A DNA stretch of 59,755 nucleotides, the filler included. It is 6 parts of 6 records of this genome, joined end to end, with 100 filler letters (N's around TTAATTAATTAA, not from the genome) between each part and the next. Parts side by side here need not be neighbours in the genome. Positions count along the whole stretch, not along the records: positions 22,804 to 30,220 come from SRR2962707_418; positions 30,321 to 37,092 come from SRR2962707_422; 4 more parts are not named here. One strand, given 5' to 3'. How positions within the stretch are numbered: the first letter of the stretch is position 1; every line of letters starts with the position of its first letter. A model generated the notes under the pieces. The model saw only the letters and a program-made list of their open reading frames with translations, ran no database searches and had not been told where the DNA came from. Made by a program: the position numbers and the translations under genes. Below are positions 25,238 through 37,192 of this stretch, in pieces.

Positions 25238-28200
25238 TCACCTGTGAACAGCTTTTAGCCGAGGTTTTGGTCGCGCTCGAGCTGGTAACTTGCGCCTCGC
25301 TGAGGCACTGGGCTTTTTTGCAGCTGCTACGGACGATGCTTTATGCGCAGTGGAAGAAGAACTCTGTTTTCCAGGCAGTGGCAGCTTGGAGTAGCTCTTT
25401 TTACGAGCACGAGATGCTGCCGCGGCTGCAGCAGTTGCACTTCCATGCCTTCCACCTTTGCCTCGCTGCACTTGCGATGTATGACTCGAACTTGGGCGTG
25501 GTTTTGTTTGCGGAATCTTTCCCTCTCGTACTTTCTGGGGGAAATTGAAGCAAGGGGGTGACATCACGAAATGCCCGAACAGTTAGCAACGCATCGAAGC
25601 AAACACTGCACTGTGAATCAACTTATCAACCAACGCACCTGGGCATGCAAAATGGCCAACTTGGCTGTGTGTGGTCGACTAGGAGCCTGCACAGCACTGC
25701 TGTCGGAATCGCTTTGATCATCTTCGAAGAGATGGGTGCGAGAAGTTCGTGCAGCAGAGACCAATTCAAAGTCTTCAGGCATTTGACCGAAGCAGTTCGG
25801 CATCAAGAGGGACTGGGGTGGCAAGTGCACACACGGCAAATACATTTAATTTCGGCAAAGCTTTTGTGCTTAGTCGCAGCAATCTCAGAGCACGGGTCTT
25901 CACGAACCTCCTCGGCACCATTCTCAACCAGGAAACGAATCAGTCGCTGCCAACGGTGCTCATTTGATGCTGAATTTTTGGACAGCTTGAGTTTCTCGAA
26001 GGCGTAGTGCATTGCAGTATTGCCATTGTGAATACTGGTGGCAAGCACATCGGCATTCATTTCTTTCACCAAGTACCGCACTACCCGGACATGGCCACCA
26101 TACACAGCATGCATCAATGGGTACCTGCGACAAAAAAGACGATACATAGGGCAAACCCATTCAAAAAAAAATTACAGGAAGATTTTCTGCAACGCAAGTG
26201 TAAAGTAAAGCGAGTGAACTTGCTTCACCAAATAGCCAAACTCACATCCCAAATTTGTCTGGCGCGTGCACATCGCCCATGTTGCTTGCAATGTGGTTTT
26301 TGAGAGCTTTTAGGTCTCCCTCTCGACAAGCCTATCGAGCAATCAAGCCAAATAAAGCAATTGGCGATTGATACGACATCGTCAGTCATGGTTAAGTGAT
26401 TCTGCCCACTCCCACAAACCTTCGAAATCCAATCATCGCCTTTGCCAATATATCCATCCTTCTTTGTGGCTTCGAGTTTTTGATTGTGGAAATCGGCATT
26501 TTTCTTCTTGCGATTGAGCTCGTCGACCACACTCTCTGCTTGTGCTAGAATCTCTTGCAAATACCTGTGTGGCGATAGCCACGTTAAGCCCAAAAAGCAT
26601 GTGCATGTCCCGAATCCGAGTAGTAGTGCGGTCAAAAAAACGTGCTGACTCACGGGCTCTTGCAAAGCTGAATTGGCTTTTTCCCAATAGAGTTTTTGCA
26701 TTTCAGAGATTCATATCCACCGTTCTTGAGGAAAACGTAAATCAGCTCAATATGGTGTTTTTCGGCGGCAAAATGCATCGGCGTATTCAGGCGCCGGTTA
26801 ATGATGTGTACTTTTCCACCAGCCGAGATCAGTCGGTCGATTATTGCAATGTCGCCATTCCATGAAGCGGCCATAATTGCTGTACTGTCATTCTTATCTC
26901 GCCAGTTCACGTCAACACCACGCTGAATTATATCTTCAATTTCAGGCTGCATCAACAGGGAATGCAATGAGAAAAAAGTCGCGGAAGTACACACAAACAC
27001 CCATGTCGGCCCGGCGGAATATACATGTCAAGGTGGATGGCCCAATACTGCACAGCGCACCAATTTGGTCATTCCAGCTTGACACAGTGCCACGAGGCGT
27101 TCACCCAGCGCATTGTTCAACTCCGTATCCCGGAGCATCTTGATGCCTGACAAATCAAGCATCAATCACCAAAATTTACTTGGAGCATGACGATGCAAAA
27201 CAAGCAGGTACTCATCACAGAGGAACTGCTGCAGCGCAACGTGGAGCTCTGTACCTCCAGCCTTTGTGCGCGGTGCAACTTTATGACCCATGTGTGAATA
27301 ATAGACTTTCTTGAAGCCCTCACGAGCAGAATCGACGTCTTCATTAAGCATTGCATCCACAATTTTCGTCCTCTTCATGGAGTGGGTGTAAAGGTCGCGC
27401 ATCAACTTGTTCAATCCGTCTCGGTCGCGGCGATTGCAGCAATCCCGCACAGCCTCTCGCTCAGATTCTAAAAGTGTTGCATCCAACTTCTTGAGCGTCA
27501 CTAAATATCTGCGAAGTAACCAGGAGAAACGCCACAAACGCACGCGAATGATGAATGTGAAGCAATTGAAACAACAAATCATCAAAGAGACTGGCAGCAT
27601 CGTTGCCAAGCACAACTCACGCAACAAGGTCAAAGTGCGAATTCAGCGTTGCCCGAACAATTGGTGGTACTCCGCCAAAGCAGATTGTTTCGCCTCGATC
27701 TTCAATACACGATCGAGCCGCAGGGACGCTCCCCAGGTGGCATGCCTCATCCAAAGACATGATTTTGGAAGAGCCGGCCGCAGCGAGATGCTTGGTCTGC
27801 GCCTGCAGCGTCTTCCTAAGCCAGCATATTTTTGAGGCTGACGGAGTGTAAGCAAAGTCCGTGTGCACGTGGGTACGAAGAATCTCCATTTTACGCTGCG
27901 CACTGGTCTTCGGAGGGGACTCCCTCGCGCCTCGCTGACCTCGGACTGCGGCGGCGAGGCGATACATATTGACGTGAAGATAGTAAGCCACGAATTCTTC
28001 AAGATCGACGCTGTGGTTTCCGTCTGTGTCAATTGTATTGAAGTCCCGCTTGACATACTCAGAAAATTGGCGGAACAGCATGTCACCACCCAAGCCAGCA
28101 TCACGAAGCAGCTTTTTGAATTCTACAAGGTCCAGGGAATCGCTACCGTCTTTGTCGTAGAGTCGAAACAAATCAATCGCCTCCTGGCGCAAATCTTTTG

Positions 28201-28486
28201 CACTCTTCACCCGTGTTTCAGGTATTCGCCGACTCTCACGACTCGGGCCGTTGCGAAGCGACTCCAAACTTACATCGTGCCCGTACAGCATCTGAACTTC
28301 GTTTCGTCGGTCGATGCGTGGCGAGTGATTCCAACGAAGGAAGAGTTCTTCATACTCCCCTGCTTCGTTCCGAACCTTCGTTTCGGTGTTGCGGATAGGC
28401 GGGCTGGCCGAGTGCGGACGATTTCGCTTCGAAGCCGTCTTTGAGTCCACGCCGGCGAATCCCATGAATGGTCGAATAAACGACAT
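25238..28486 (-). CDS. EF-hand pair + ankyrin-repeat protein, 9 exons (28486-27621, 27508-27255, 27146-27061, 26946-26654, 26564-26420, 26331-26246, 26124-25908, 25812-25639, 25534-25238), about 805 aa
   Basis: Canonical EF loops DKDGSDSLDLVE and DTDGNHSVDLEE. Ankyrin repeats GVDVNWRDKNDSTAIMAASWNG, NTPMHFAAEK, YPLMHAVYGGH, GNTAMHYA. All eight GT-AG introns are phase-consistent. Confidence 0.75.
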
Positions 28487-29110
28487 CGTCTTCTTTTGCA
28501 ACAGACAGCCAGACAGACCCTGACGAACACCAACAGCGGCAACAAAAACACCAAACGTGCTTGCCTCAAAGCAAACTGTTGATCAGCGACAGTCGCGACG
28601 GCAGGTGATCACATTACTCACCACGTCAGCAAGCACTGATTCATCCACTCAGGCACCTATTCGCTCACTACCTGACTCCCTCAACACCCACACGTCTCTG
28701 GACTGGCATCCCCAGCAATCTCAGCTGGCAGGTTTGAACAAAGATTCCCCTCACTGAAACAAAACACAAAAAAAGGGAAGACCTTTTCGCTCAACAAACG
28801 CCGTCACCCGCCTGGCCTCCTAGTATTAAGGAACTCGATCTGCTATTCCACGTGCCTCTCGAAGGCAGAAATCTCACGGCACCGCACTCCACCGTAGTGA
28901 GATGTGCCAACAGGAAGCGACGGGATCCGCACGAGAGTCGTCTTGGAAGGTGAGAGTTCCTGCAGTGTGCGAGCGAGTGCATTCCGTCAGTGTGCGAGTC
29001 TTGGGGAGGGGTCTTAGCTCGCTCTGCGTGAGTGAGTCTCCGCGCGATTGGGCGAGGCAGAGGATTGGAAACCTCAAACGACGGTGAGACTAACAACCAC
29101 AAATAAATAC

Positions 29111-29344
29111 CACCGAACACCAAGCACCAAGAAGCGAGCACCGAACACCAAGCACCAAGAACCGAGCACCGAACACCAAGCACCGGACAAACACTGAACA
29201 CCAAGCATTCCAACACCAAGGCACCAAACACCAAGCATCGAACACCAAACACCAAGCACAAGCATCGAACACCCAGCATCGAACAAACACCAAACACCAA
29301 ACACCAAGCACCAAGCATCGAACACTCCAAGCATCGCACCAGGC
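29111..29344. repeat. Degenerate heptamer tandem array, consensus CAYCRAR (CACCAAG/CACCGAA/CATCGAA/CACCAAA), roughly 30 units
   Basis: caccgaa caccaag caccaag aagcgag caccgaa caccaag caccaag aaccgag ... read directly. Confidence 0.9.
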
Positions 29345-30220
29345 AGAGCGAGCTCCCAGAGCCGTTGCGCACGTTCCTCGAAAAAACGGTGCCGTCGACA
29401 AAAGCAAATTCAGCGCTCTCCTAATTTATCTTAAATTCCGTGTTTTTTTTCGCGCACTGTAAACACCCTTCAAAGAAGTCCTAACGCACTATGTACTTTC
29501 CCTTCCTGCCCCCACTTTCAACCACCACGCCTTCCCTTTCCCCCAGAGGCTAATACGTGTAAAAAACACCTCACTTTATCGTTCACTTACACGTATTGAA
29601 GCTGAATGTCACTAACTTGTTGCGACGGTAGTTACAGGTATTTTATGTACAGGCTCAGGCATTTCGTCTCAGCCGTCTTTGCGTTCACGTTTTGAACTTT
29701 TCTAGGCGGTACGTGTGCACCTTTTAAAACCATAGTATTTAACTATAAAGACTGTATACTATGTGTTTTAATGAGACTCTTGAGGACGCCCGAAGTAGCG
29801 ATTTTAAAATACCGGTTTCCAGTCAAAGACTAAATACTCCATAAAAACGACAAAACACAACACCTATAGTTGAAGTGGAAAGCTTAAGACTGTGTCCTGT
29901 AGTTTGTGTATGATAGATGTATTATTGTTGTTTGTACAGGCTGGCTTCAAAAGAGAAAAGAAAAGCAGTGATAAATATAATATTGCATGGTACAAGGATC
30001 ACAAGAGTGGAAATGGGGATATTTTAAGAAAATGTTTCTAGACTCAGCCTGGTGGATGGCCCTTGAGTTGTCATGTCAGGCGCCAACAATGCAGCGCACA
30101 CACACGAGATCTCTCAACACACCACCCAGCAACAACAACAAAAGTCTCTGTTGCTCTCCTTTCTTCAAACTCTCTCCGGTCTCTCGCTCGCTTCTCTCTC
30201 TCCCTCCCGCTCCCTCTCCC

Positions 30221-30320
30221 NNNNNNNNNNNNNNNNNNNNNNNNNNNNNNNNNNNNNNNNNNNNTTAATTAATTAANNNNNNNNNNNNNNNNNNNNNNNN
30301 NNNNNNNNNNNNNNNNNNNN
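30221..30320. other. Artificial contig linker 3
   Basis: 44 N + TTAATTAATTAA + 44 N; flanked by CT-rich and GT/GC microsatellites. Confidence 0.98.
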
Positions 30321-30492
30321 GTGTGTGTGCGTGCGTGTGTGCGTGTGTTTGCGCGCGCGAATTGCCGGCGTTCGCTAGGCGGTTGTTGTTTGTTTGGGTT
30401 GTTGTTGTGGGTTGCCGTGAGGGTTCTTCTCCAGGTGCGTGAGCGCGTGCGGGGTGCGGAGCAACAGCAGGTACGTACGTGGGTGGGTAAAG

Positions 30493-32426
30493 ATGCCGAC
30501 AGGTATCGGAAAGAAAAAGGGCGACCCCGCGCCAGATGGGTACGAGTCGTCTGATGCGAGCGATGGGTACGAGTCCGATCCAGAGTTCGAGGTCGAGTTG
30601 ATGGCGCAGCTGCTCGAAAAAGTGAACAAGTACAAAGTCGAGCTGGGCATGGGCAACTGGAAAACACTGCGGAAGGTGTTCCGGCTCCTCAACCTGTACA
30701 TTCAGCATTACATGCTGAACAAAATGGACGACCTACTGCTCGAGTTTGCAGACACTTGCAAGGGCATGTATGGGTCGCCGTATTACATCAAGTACATTCA
30801 GATGCTTGGGTTTTGTCGCTGGAAACAGCACAGGTTGCGGGAGGCCCTGGCGTTGTTTCACGAGCAGGAGTCGATCATTGGAGACAACGAAATTCTTTGT
30901 GAGAACATCGGCCACACGTACTCCAGCCTTGGTGATTATGAATCGGCCATTGCCTCGTTTCAGAAAGGACTTCACCTGCTCGGGGACACCGGCATGCCCG
31001 GCCGCAAAGCTGGATTTTACTACGGCATTGCTCTCGCCAAAGACCGTCTCGGCAACACGCAGGAGGTGCGTTTACATTATTGAGCTTGCATTGCACTGCT
31101 GACACTTTACCCCCGTTCTGTGCATGCATTGCAGCTGGGTTACTTGATCCTGTCTGTATGGACTGACGTGTCACAATTCTGCCATTGATTGGACATCGGA
31201 AAAACAAAAAAAACAACGCACACACTCACGAAATTGATGCAAATGGTTTCTCTGGCATGTTTCCGCTCGAAATCCAAATCGTTGCGCATCTTCTGCTTCG
31301 TTCAGTCAATACCGCTTCTCCATGCAGCCTTAGATGGGTATCGAAAAGAACGAGTTGACTTAGAGGGTAACCCCATCGACAGCTCCATCCACGCCAAAGT
31401 GCAAATGTCCCTGGGACACATGCACGAGAAGCTTGGAAACCTGGATGAAGCTGTGAAGTTCATGGCCGAGTCGGTACGGTCAACATGATGTTTGGCTTTT
31501 GAACGGCGCGTTGCGGTTTGTGACAGCTCCGGTCGCTTCTGTGCCCCGACGTATGCTGACAAAATTCACCCACTCGCGGCACTGCTGGTTTTGCTATTGC
31601 AGGTTCGTGTCTTTCGCAAGTGTGTCGGGAATCAAAATCCATTAACACACGGGGCACTTGGAAGCCTTGGGAAGGTGAAGCTGGCACAAGGAAAGCACTC
31701 TGATGCCCTCGTGCTGCTCACAGAGGCTTTGGAAGGCGAAGCTTCGAAGGATGCGTTTCAGATTGACGATAGTTTTATGCTTCTCAATAGCATCAAAACG
31801 ATCCTTATTGAGCATCCAGATGCTGCAAAGCACGTAGCTGCCAGCAAAGGGGGAAAGCCGCCTCGCGGCGGCGGCGGCGGTGGTGGCGGCGGGAAAATGA
31901 GTGGGTTTGCTGCCACCTTTAAGCCGTACGTTTTCGAGACAAGCGAGCAAAGGCGAAAGCACATACCACATCCCACAGTCGATTCCTGTCAGTGTGCTAA
32001 TGGCCAGCACTGTGTGTCTGGTTTGTTTCGCCAGGTACCTCCCAGTTTGTAGACAAATCGTCAAACGCTGCACGCCACTCATAAGTACCCCGAAAATGGG
32101 CGATGTGGCAGCCACATTCAAGACCGTTGGGGAGATGCTTATTATGGGTGGTCAATTTCGAGAAAGCATTGCGGTCCTGAACCTAGCACTCGCCATTTTC
32201 CCAAAAGTCACGCAGGTGGACTGCTCCGTAAGTAAAGCGGTTTTTTTTGGCTCATGGGAGCGGCAGCGTGGAGAAACATGGCTTGCGCGCAGCCGACGCT
32301 AAACTGTCAAATGCTTGCTTTGCTTGGTATGTGTATGCAATGAATACCACGTTGCCACACCAGGGACTGATTGCCGGCTGCACTCAATTGCGAGATCTAG
32401 CAAAGACGATGGCGGATAAAAAATGA
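30493..32426 (+). CDS. Tetratricopeptide-repeat protein; exons 30493-31065, 31306-31473, 31603-31925, 32035-32227, 32364-32426 (439 aa)
   Basis: TPR motifs ENIGHTYSSLGDYESAIASFQKGL, MSLGHMHEKLGNLDEAVKFM, GSLGKVKLAQGKHSDALVLL; four phase-consistent GT-AG introns. Confidence 0.8.
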
Positions 32427-32608
32427 CAGAGAGCACGCGTGGAACTTTACAGTCGCCTCTTGAAGTTGAATTTTATACCATGTCCATCCCCAGCGAACAA
32501 GCTCTCGATTGCAAGAAGCTTTAGTTTTTAGCTCAAACAAAATAAAGCAGGCCTCGTGGTCTCGGGTTTCACAACAACATTGATGCCGAATCAATCAAAG
32601 GGCGAAAT

Positions 32609-35600
32609 TCATTGAACTGAGTCAGTCGCTTTTTCAGATACCTTCGTTGGCTCCGCCGCCGACTTCAATCCTCGCTTAGAGCGCTGAGGTTTCTGTTCCT
32701 TTGGCTTCTCCCCAGATTTAAGACTTGGCCCGCTCTTGATTTTGGACTTGCTAGACTTGGCCGAGGGCGTTGCTTTCGCTCCAACGGTGGACCGACTACC
32801 CTTTTGCGCTGCAGCTGTGGACTTGCGCTTGCGGGGAGCGCTGCCCGTGGAGTCGGCTTTTGATTGCTTAGCGGTGCCGCTGCCAGTGGAGTCGGTTTTT
32901 GGTTGCTTAACGCTGCCGCTGCCAGTGGAGTCGGCTTTTTGTTGCTTGGCTGCGGTGCCGTTGAAGTCGGGTTTTGGTTGCTCGGCGCTGCTGGCGCCGC
33001 GTCTACCTTTCGTTGCGAGCGGCGTTGTGCGAGACGTTGGTGTTGCTGCGGCTTTGCCTGTGGTGGCGTTTGTGAGTGTCAACTTGGGCGTTGGGACGGC
33101 AGAATTTGCTTTAGACGCAGCCTTCTTCCTGGTGCTTGATGGACCCCGAGAAGGTTTCTTTGAGGCAGGTGGTGCTCGGTTCATAGACTGGGCGGTGTCG
33201 CCCATTTTTTTTCCGCTTTTTTCCGTCGACGTTTTTCCGAGGTCGTCAATTGTGTCCTTTTTGTCGGTGGCTGGCAGGGTTGTTGATGAGGGATATCCCT
33301 CTTGAGGAGAAGCATGCTTGCTCGGGGAATCACTTGCCGCTCCGCCTGAAGTAACCTCAGTCGGCCGCTGGGCCTTCGGAGTTTTTGGCCGGGATCGCTT
33401 CCTTGCGGGCGGTGCCTGACCTGTGGCCACGAAGTAGTGTTTGCGCAACTTGTCGAAGGCAATCCCATGATACAGTACCTATATTCGTTTCCGCAGAAAC
33501 ACAGAGAAAAGCAGGATTCATTCACAAAGAGAGGCAAGAGCCGGCGCTATGTCTGGAGCGCTGTCGTAGCCCCCCAGGATCCCAATCACCCCGCCCCCCA
33601 ACGTACACTCCTCCATCCATCGTCGGACTGTTTGTTCGCGCAAAGTTGACGCTTGCATGACACACTCCACGCTGTCAAACTGTGGAACACCTCGCCCGAC
33701 TCAGCGTCGACAACGCAACCTGAGGCATAGCATACAAAATCCAAACACGGCAGTGGTGAACCTTTGGCGGCAAATCATCTCATGTGCCGACAGCACGTAT
33801 TGTTGGTCCAACAAGGAATGCGCACCATCTTCGCGCAGATCGCCAACGAAGTCGCGGCCTCGATACGACACTGAAAGGCATCCTTTTCCAGGCACAAAAA
33901 AACCTTGGTCGATTCCCAGCTTCAGTGAAAACTTGATTTCGCCCTTTTTGTTTTTGCGCTTCTTTGGACCAAGCACCATATCAACTTTGGAAATGATGCG
34001 GTCCAAGCATGCCGTCACCGCTTTCATAACTCGCGCTTCAGCAGCTTCTTGGGCGCGCCGCGCTCTTAGCTGTGCAGGGTCCAGCACAGGCTCTGGTTTT
34101 GCCTTTTTGGCTGAAGAGCGCGTTGGAGTTGATCGACCGGATGAGGCGACAGAGGTGGTCGGTGTGAGCTTGTGAGCGCCACCCTCGCCTCCCTTGCCGC
34201 GGGCACCGGCCTTGGCTTTGCGGGCGCGAGCTTTTCGAGCGGCATCGTTGCGCCGTTTTCGCTCCTTAGCTCCCTCCCGCCGTTCGGCAGCCGCACGAGC
34301 TCGCGCTTCCGCGCGCTCAATGCGATCAATGACATGGTCAAGACGGCGGTAAACCGCTCGCATAACAATGCGATCGCGTCCTTGCAGCCCTACAATTGCA
34401 GCGGCGAGCGTTTCATCCAGGTCCTCGGGCTGCTCTTGGGGCGTAGGGGTTGCACCCTGTTTCTTCTTTTTCGGTGCTTTTCTCGAGGATGACGGCGATC
34501 CTGCTGGGGTGCCCCCTCCCGACAGTTGCTTCGCGCGCCTTCGCTTGGCGGCTTCGCGCCTTCGAGCGCGAACACGCTCCATTTCTTCCGGTGTCTTGTT
34601 CTTCTGCACAGCGGGAATTTTGGGCTTGCGCTTGGCGGACGCCTTTTTCTTTTGGGCGGCAGGTGCCTTTTTCTTCCGCGCAGTGGGGATCTTTTTCTTC
34701 GAATCGGCTTTGGTGGCTTTGGTGGCTTTACGTGGCTTTGTGGGTCGCTTCGTCACGGGCTTGGCGATTTTTTTCCCTTTTTTGCTTGTTTTCGCAGCTT
34801 TGGCCGCCCGCAATCCAGATTTCACTTTCGGCTGCTGCCTCCTCTTCTTCGTACTGACGTCAACCTCTTCTGGTCCTTCTGGTAACAAAAAGTAAGGTGC
34901 CTGGCGCCGCTTCCGCAACTTCGTCAGACATTGTATCCTGTGGTGGCGCAAAGGACCATCACGGTTGAGCACACGCGAATTGTGGAAGAATGGCGCCATG
35001 ACCAGCGGAGCGCGGGCTGCACGAGGGCGGCGGAGAGCCGCTTCTAAGTCCGTTGAAGTCGGTGGAGCCAGACCGGAGACCACAGTTGTAGCACCGTTTT
35101 TTTCAGAGATGGCTGAAGCGGTGTCATCGACCTCTGCAGCAGCGACAAGCGCAACATTGGCGGTGGGCGAATCGTTGATGAAGCTGTCATCGACGGAATC
35201 TTTTTCGCCCACAGAATCAGCGACTCCATCATCGCTCGGTTCTTCACCATAATCCTTTGCACACAGAGTTTTATCTGAAAGGTCCTCGATGCTGTGCTCT
35301 TTCAGCTCTGGATCATTGTCCCATGTATCATCGCCCCCTTCAGCACTCGCAGCCGCTCCCGTTGAGGTGGCCGAATGCAAAGGTGCCATCTCGCCACTGA
35401 AAGCCAACCGAGACTGCATTCTGGCTGCCATGCGGGCAAAATCTTCGTCAGTCAGTCCGCGCAAGGCTCGGTACGATATGCGCCATCCAAATTTCCGCAT
35501 CCTCGATGCACACCCTTGCTCCAATTCTTCGCGCGCTAACCGCAGATCGAACTTCGCTGCGGGTAGTGCAGCTGGTTGGGACGACTGCTGATCTGCACCA

Positions 35601-37092
35601 GGACTAGGAAGGTCAAACCCTGTTTTTTCTGGCTTATCGTCATGGAAACAGAAACATCGGCGACGAGCAGACTGCATATCTTTGATTCGAATAGGTTCGT
35701 CGATCCCGGTTTCCTGAAGTCGCAGTGCGGCGATGGCATTCTTGGCGAACACGGGGGAGTCAAGGTCAATGCCTCGAAGTGCAATGAGGCGCCGTGCTAA
35801 CTCCTCGCGCAGACAGTCAGCCTGCGCGCGAAGAACTTTGGCTTCGGGTTCGTTGTAGAAAAGAATGGGCATTCCCGCTGGCAATTTTTCAGCGCCTTCC
35901 GAGGACTCGTTTGAAGAGGAGTCGGACAGGGACGAAGACTCTGAGTCTGAGTCAGACGACAGAGATGAATCCGACGACAGCGATGAGTCCGACGACAAAG
36001 ACGATGAATCCGATGAGTCGGAGTCGGACAACGACGATTCCGATGATTCAGAAGATTCACTATTTTGCTTTTTCCGATTTCTCTTTTTCCGCCGCAGCCG
36101 AAGATTAGCCGCTCGCTTCGCCTTTTGCTTCCGGCGTTTAAGCTCGTCGGCCTTCTTTTTCCGTTTCTGCGCGGCCGTCAGCACTGCTCTTTTGCTCTTG
36201 CGGGCAGGACCCTTTTTTGCTGCCGCAGCGGAGGTCGCCGATCGAGCTGGGACTTTGCGTTTAGCAGGGGACTGAGCTGCAGCGCGCTTTGGTTTTCCCT
36301 TCAGCTGCAAGGGCGTTGGGCGTTTCGGAGTGCTCTTGGTCGTCGTGGCGGGCTTCAAACTTTTGCCTGGCAACAGTCCACCATCGGTGCTATCGCCCGC
36401 CTCTTTGGTGGCATTGCCCAAAGTTGAGCCATTATTCCCACTGTCATTTGATTGGGACAAACTTCGAGGCGTAGTATCAGTTTTTTTGGCCTGCGTTCCG
36501 TCCTCTCGTAGTGAATTTTCTGGAAGATTCGTTGTGACTCCCTTGTCGTTGTCGAGGCGAGCTCTTTTGACTTTAGCGCCAAACGCATCACTCCCGCTAT
36601 CCTCCTGTTCGTCACCTTTGGCGTGATCTTGGGTGACGTTGTTTTTAGTGCCACTCTTGCTTTTTTGGGATCCTGCTGGCTCATTGCCGTCCTGATCACG
36701 ATCGTCTTCACCATCCTCACCTTCACCATTTTGTTCGTTTTCATTCCCGCCGTTGTGTCCTCCAACATCAGCCTCACCATCATTGTTGTTGCCGGCGTCT
36801 TCGCTCTTCGCTGCCGCCTCTTCATCGCCCTCAATCTCCACAGGTCCGCTGTTTTTGCTGTTGTCTTCCTTACCATCGTCATTCTCGCCATCGCCATCGC
36901 CATCGCCATCGCCATCATCATCAGCATCATCACCATCGTCGCCAGCATCATCCTCGCCGTCATTACCGTCATCATCGTCATCGTCATCGTCGTCACCATC
37001 ATCATCATCACCACCATCATCGTCACTACCACCACCACCATCATCGTCGTCGTCGTCGTCACCATCGTCGTCGTCATCATCATCATCGTCAT
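32609..37092 (-). CDS. 5'-truncated low-complexity nuclear-type protein (>1,415 aa) containing a RAMA domain; exons >37092-33826, 33719-33607, 33478-32609
   Basis: Splicing GTGCGC...CAG and GTACGT...TAG gives FSLKLGIDQGFFVPGKGCLSVSYRGRDFVGDLREDGCVVDAESGEVFHSLTAWSVSCKRQLCANKQSDDGWRSVLYHGIAFDKLRKHY, which fits the RAMA pattern of MPND. The rest is D/E-rich, S/D-rich and K/A/R-rich. Confidence 0.8.
32840..32985 (-). repeat. Coding 39-bp tandem repeat (3 copies + 1 degenerate) encoding KQxKxDSTGSGxx
   Basis: gctgccMgtggagtcggYtttt..ttgctt recurring at 32840, 32879, 32918. Confidence 0.85.
36880..37092 (-). repeat. Trinucleotide (GAT/GAC/GGT)n coding repeat, poly-Asp/Gly tract, at contig end
   Basis: cat/cgt/cac triplets on + strand, in frame with the downstream CDS on the - strand. 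Confidence 0.85.
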
Positions 37093-37192
37093 NNNNNNNN
37101 NNNNNNNNNNNNNNNNNNNNNNNNNNNNNNNNNNNNTTAATTAATTAANNNNNNNNNNNNNNNNNNNNNNNNNNNNNNNNNNNNNNNNNNNN
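37093..37192. other. Artificial contig linker 4 (eukaryote/bacterium boundary)
   Basis: 44 N + TTAATTAATTAA + 44 N; intron-containing genes before it, operonic high-GC genes after it. Confidence 0.98.

Noticed and set aside
28791-29407. Cys/Leu/Val/Trp-rich ORFs on the minus strand; array as a CRISPR
   Set aside because: The ORFs are translations of the heptamer array, open in all frames because the unit lacks stops; there are no unique spacers or cas genes
247-32426. Non-standard genetic code or pseudogenes explaining fragmented eukaryotic ORFs
   Set aside because: Breaks in the reconstructed genes are resolved by canonical GT-AG introns in phase, and TAA, TAG and TGA all terminate genes
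36355-37148. Met/Thr-rich, Ile/Val-rich and poly-Ser ORFs
   Set aside because: Alternative frames of the poly-Asp trinucleotide tract of the RAMA-domain gene
37093-37192. Bacterium-to-eukaryote horizontal transfer or endosymbiont insertion
   Set aside because: The eukaryote/bacterium transition coincides with an artificial linker; no physical junction is seen
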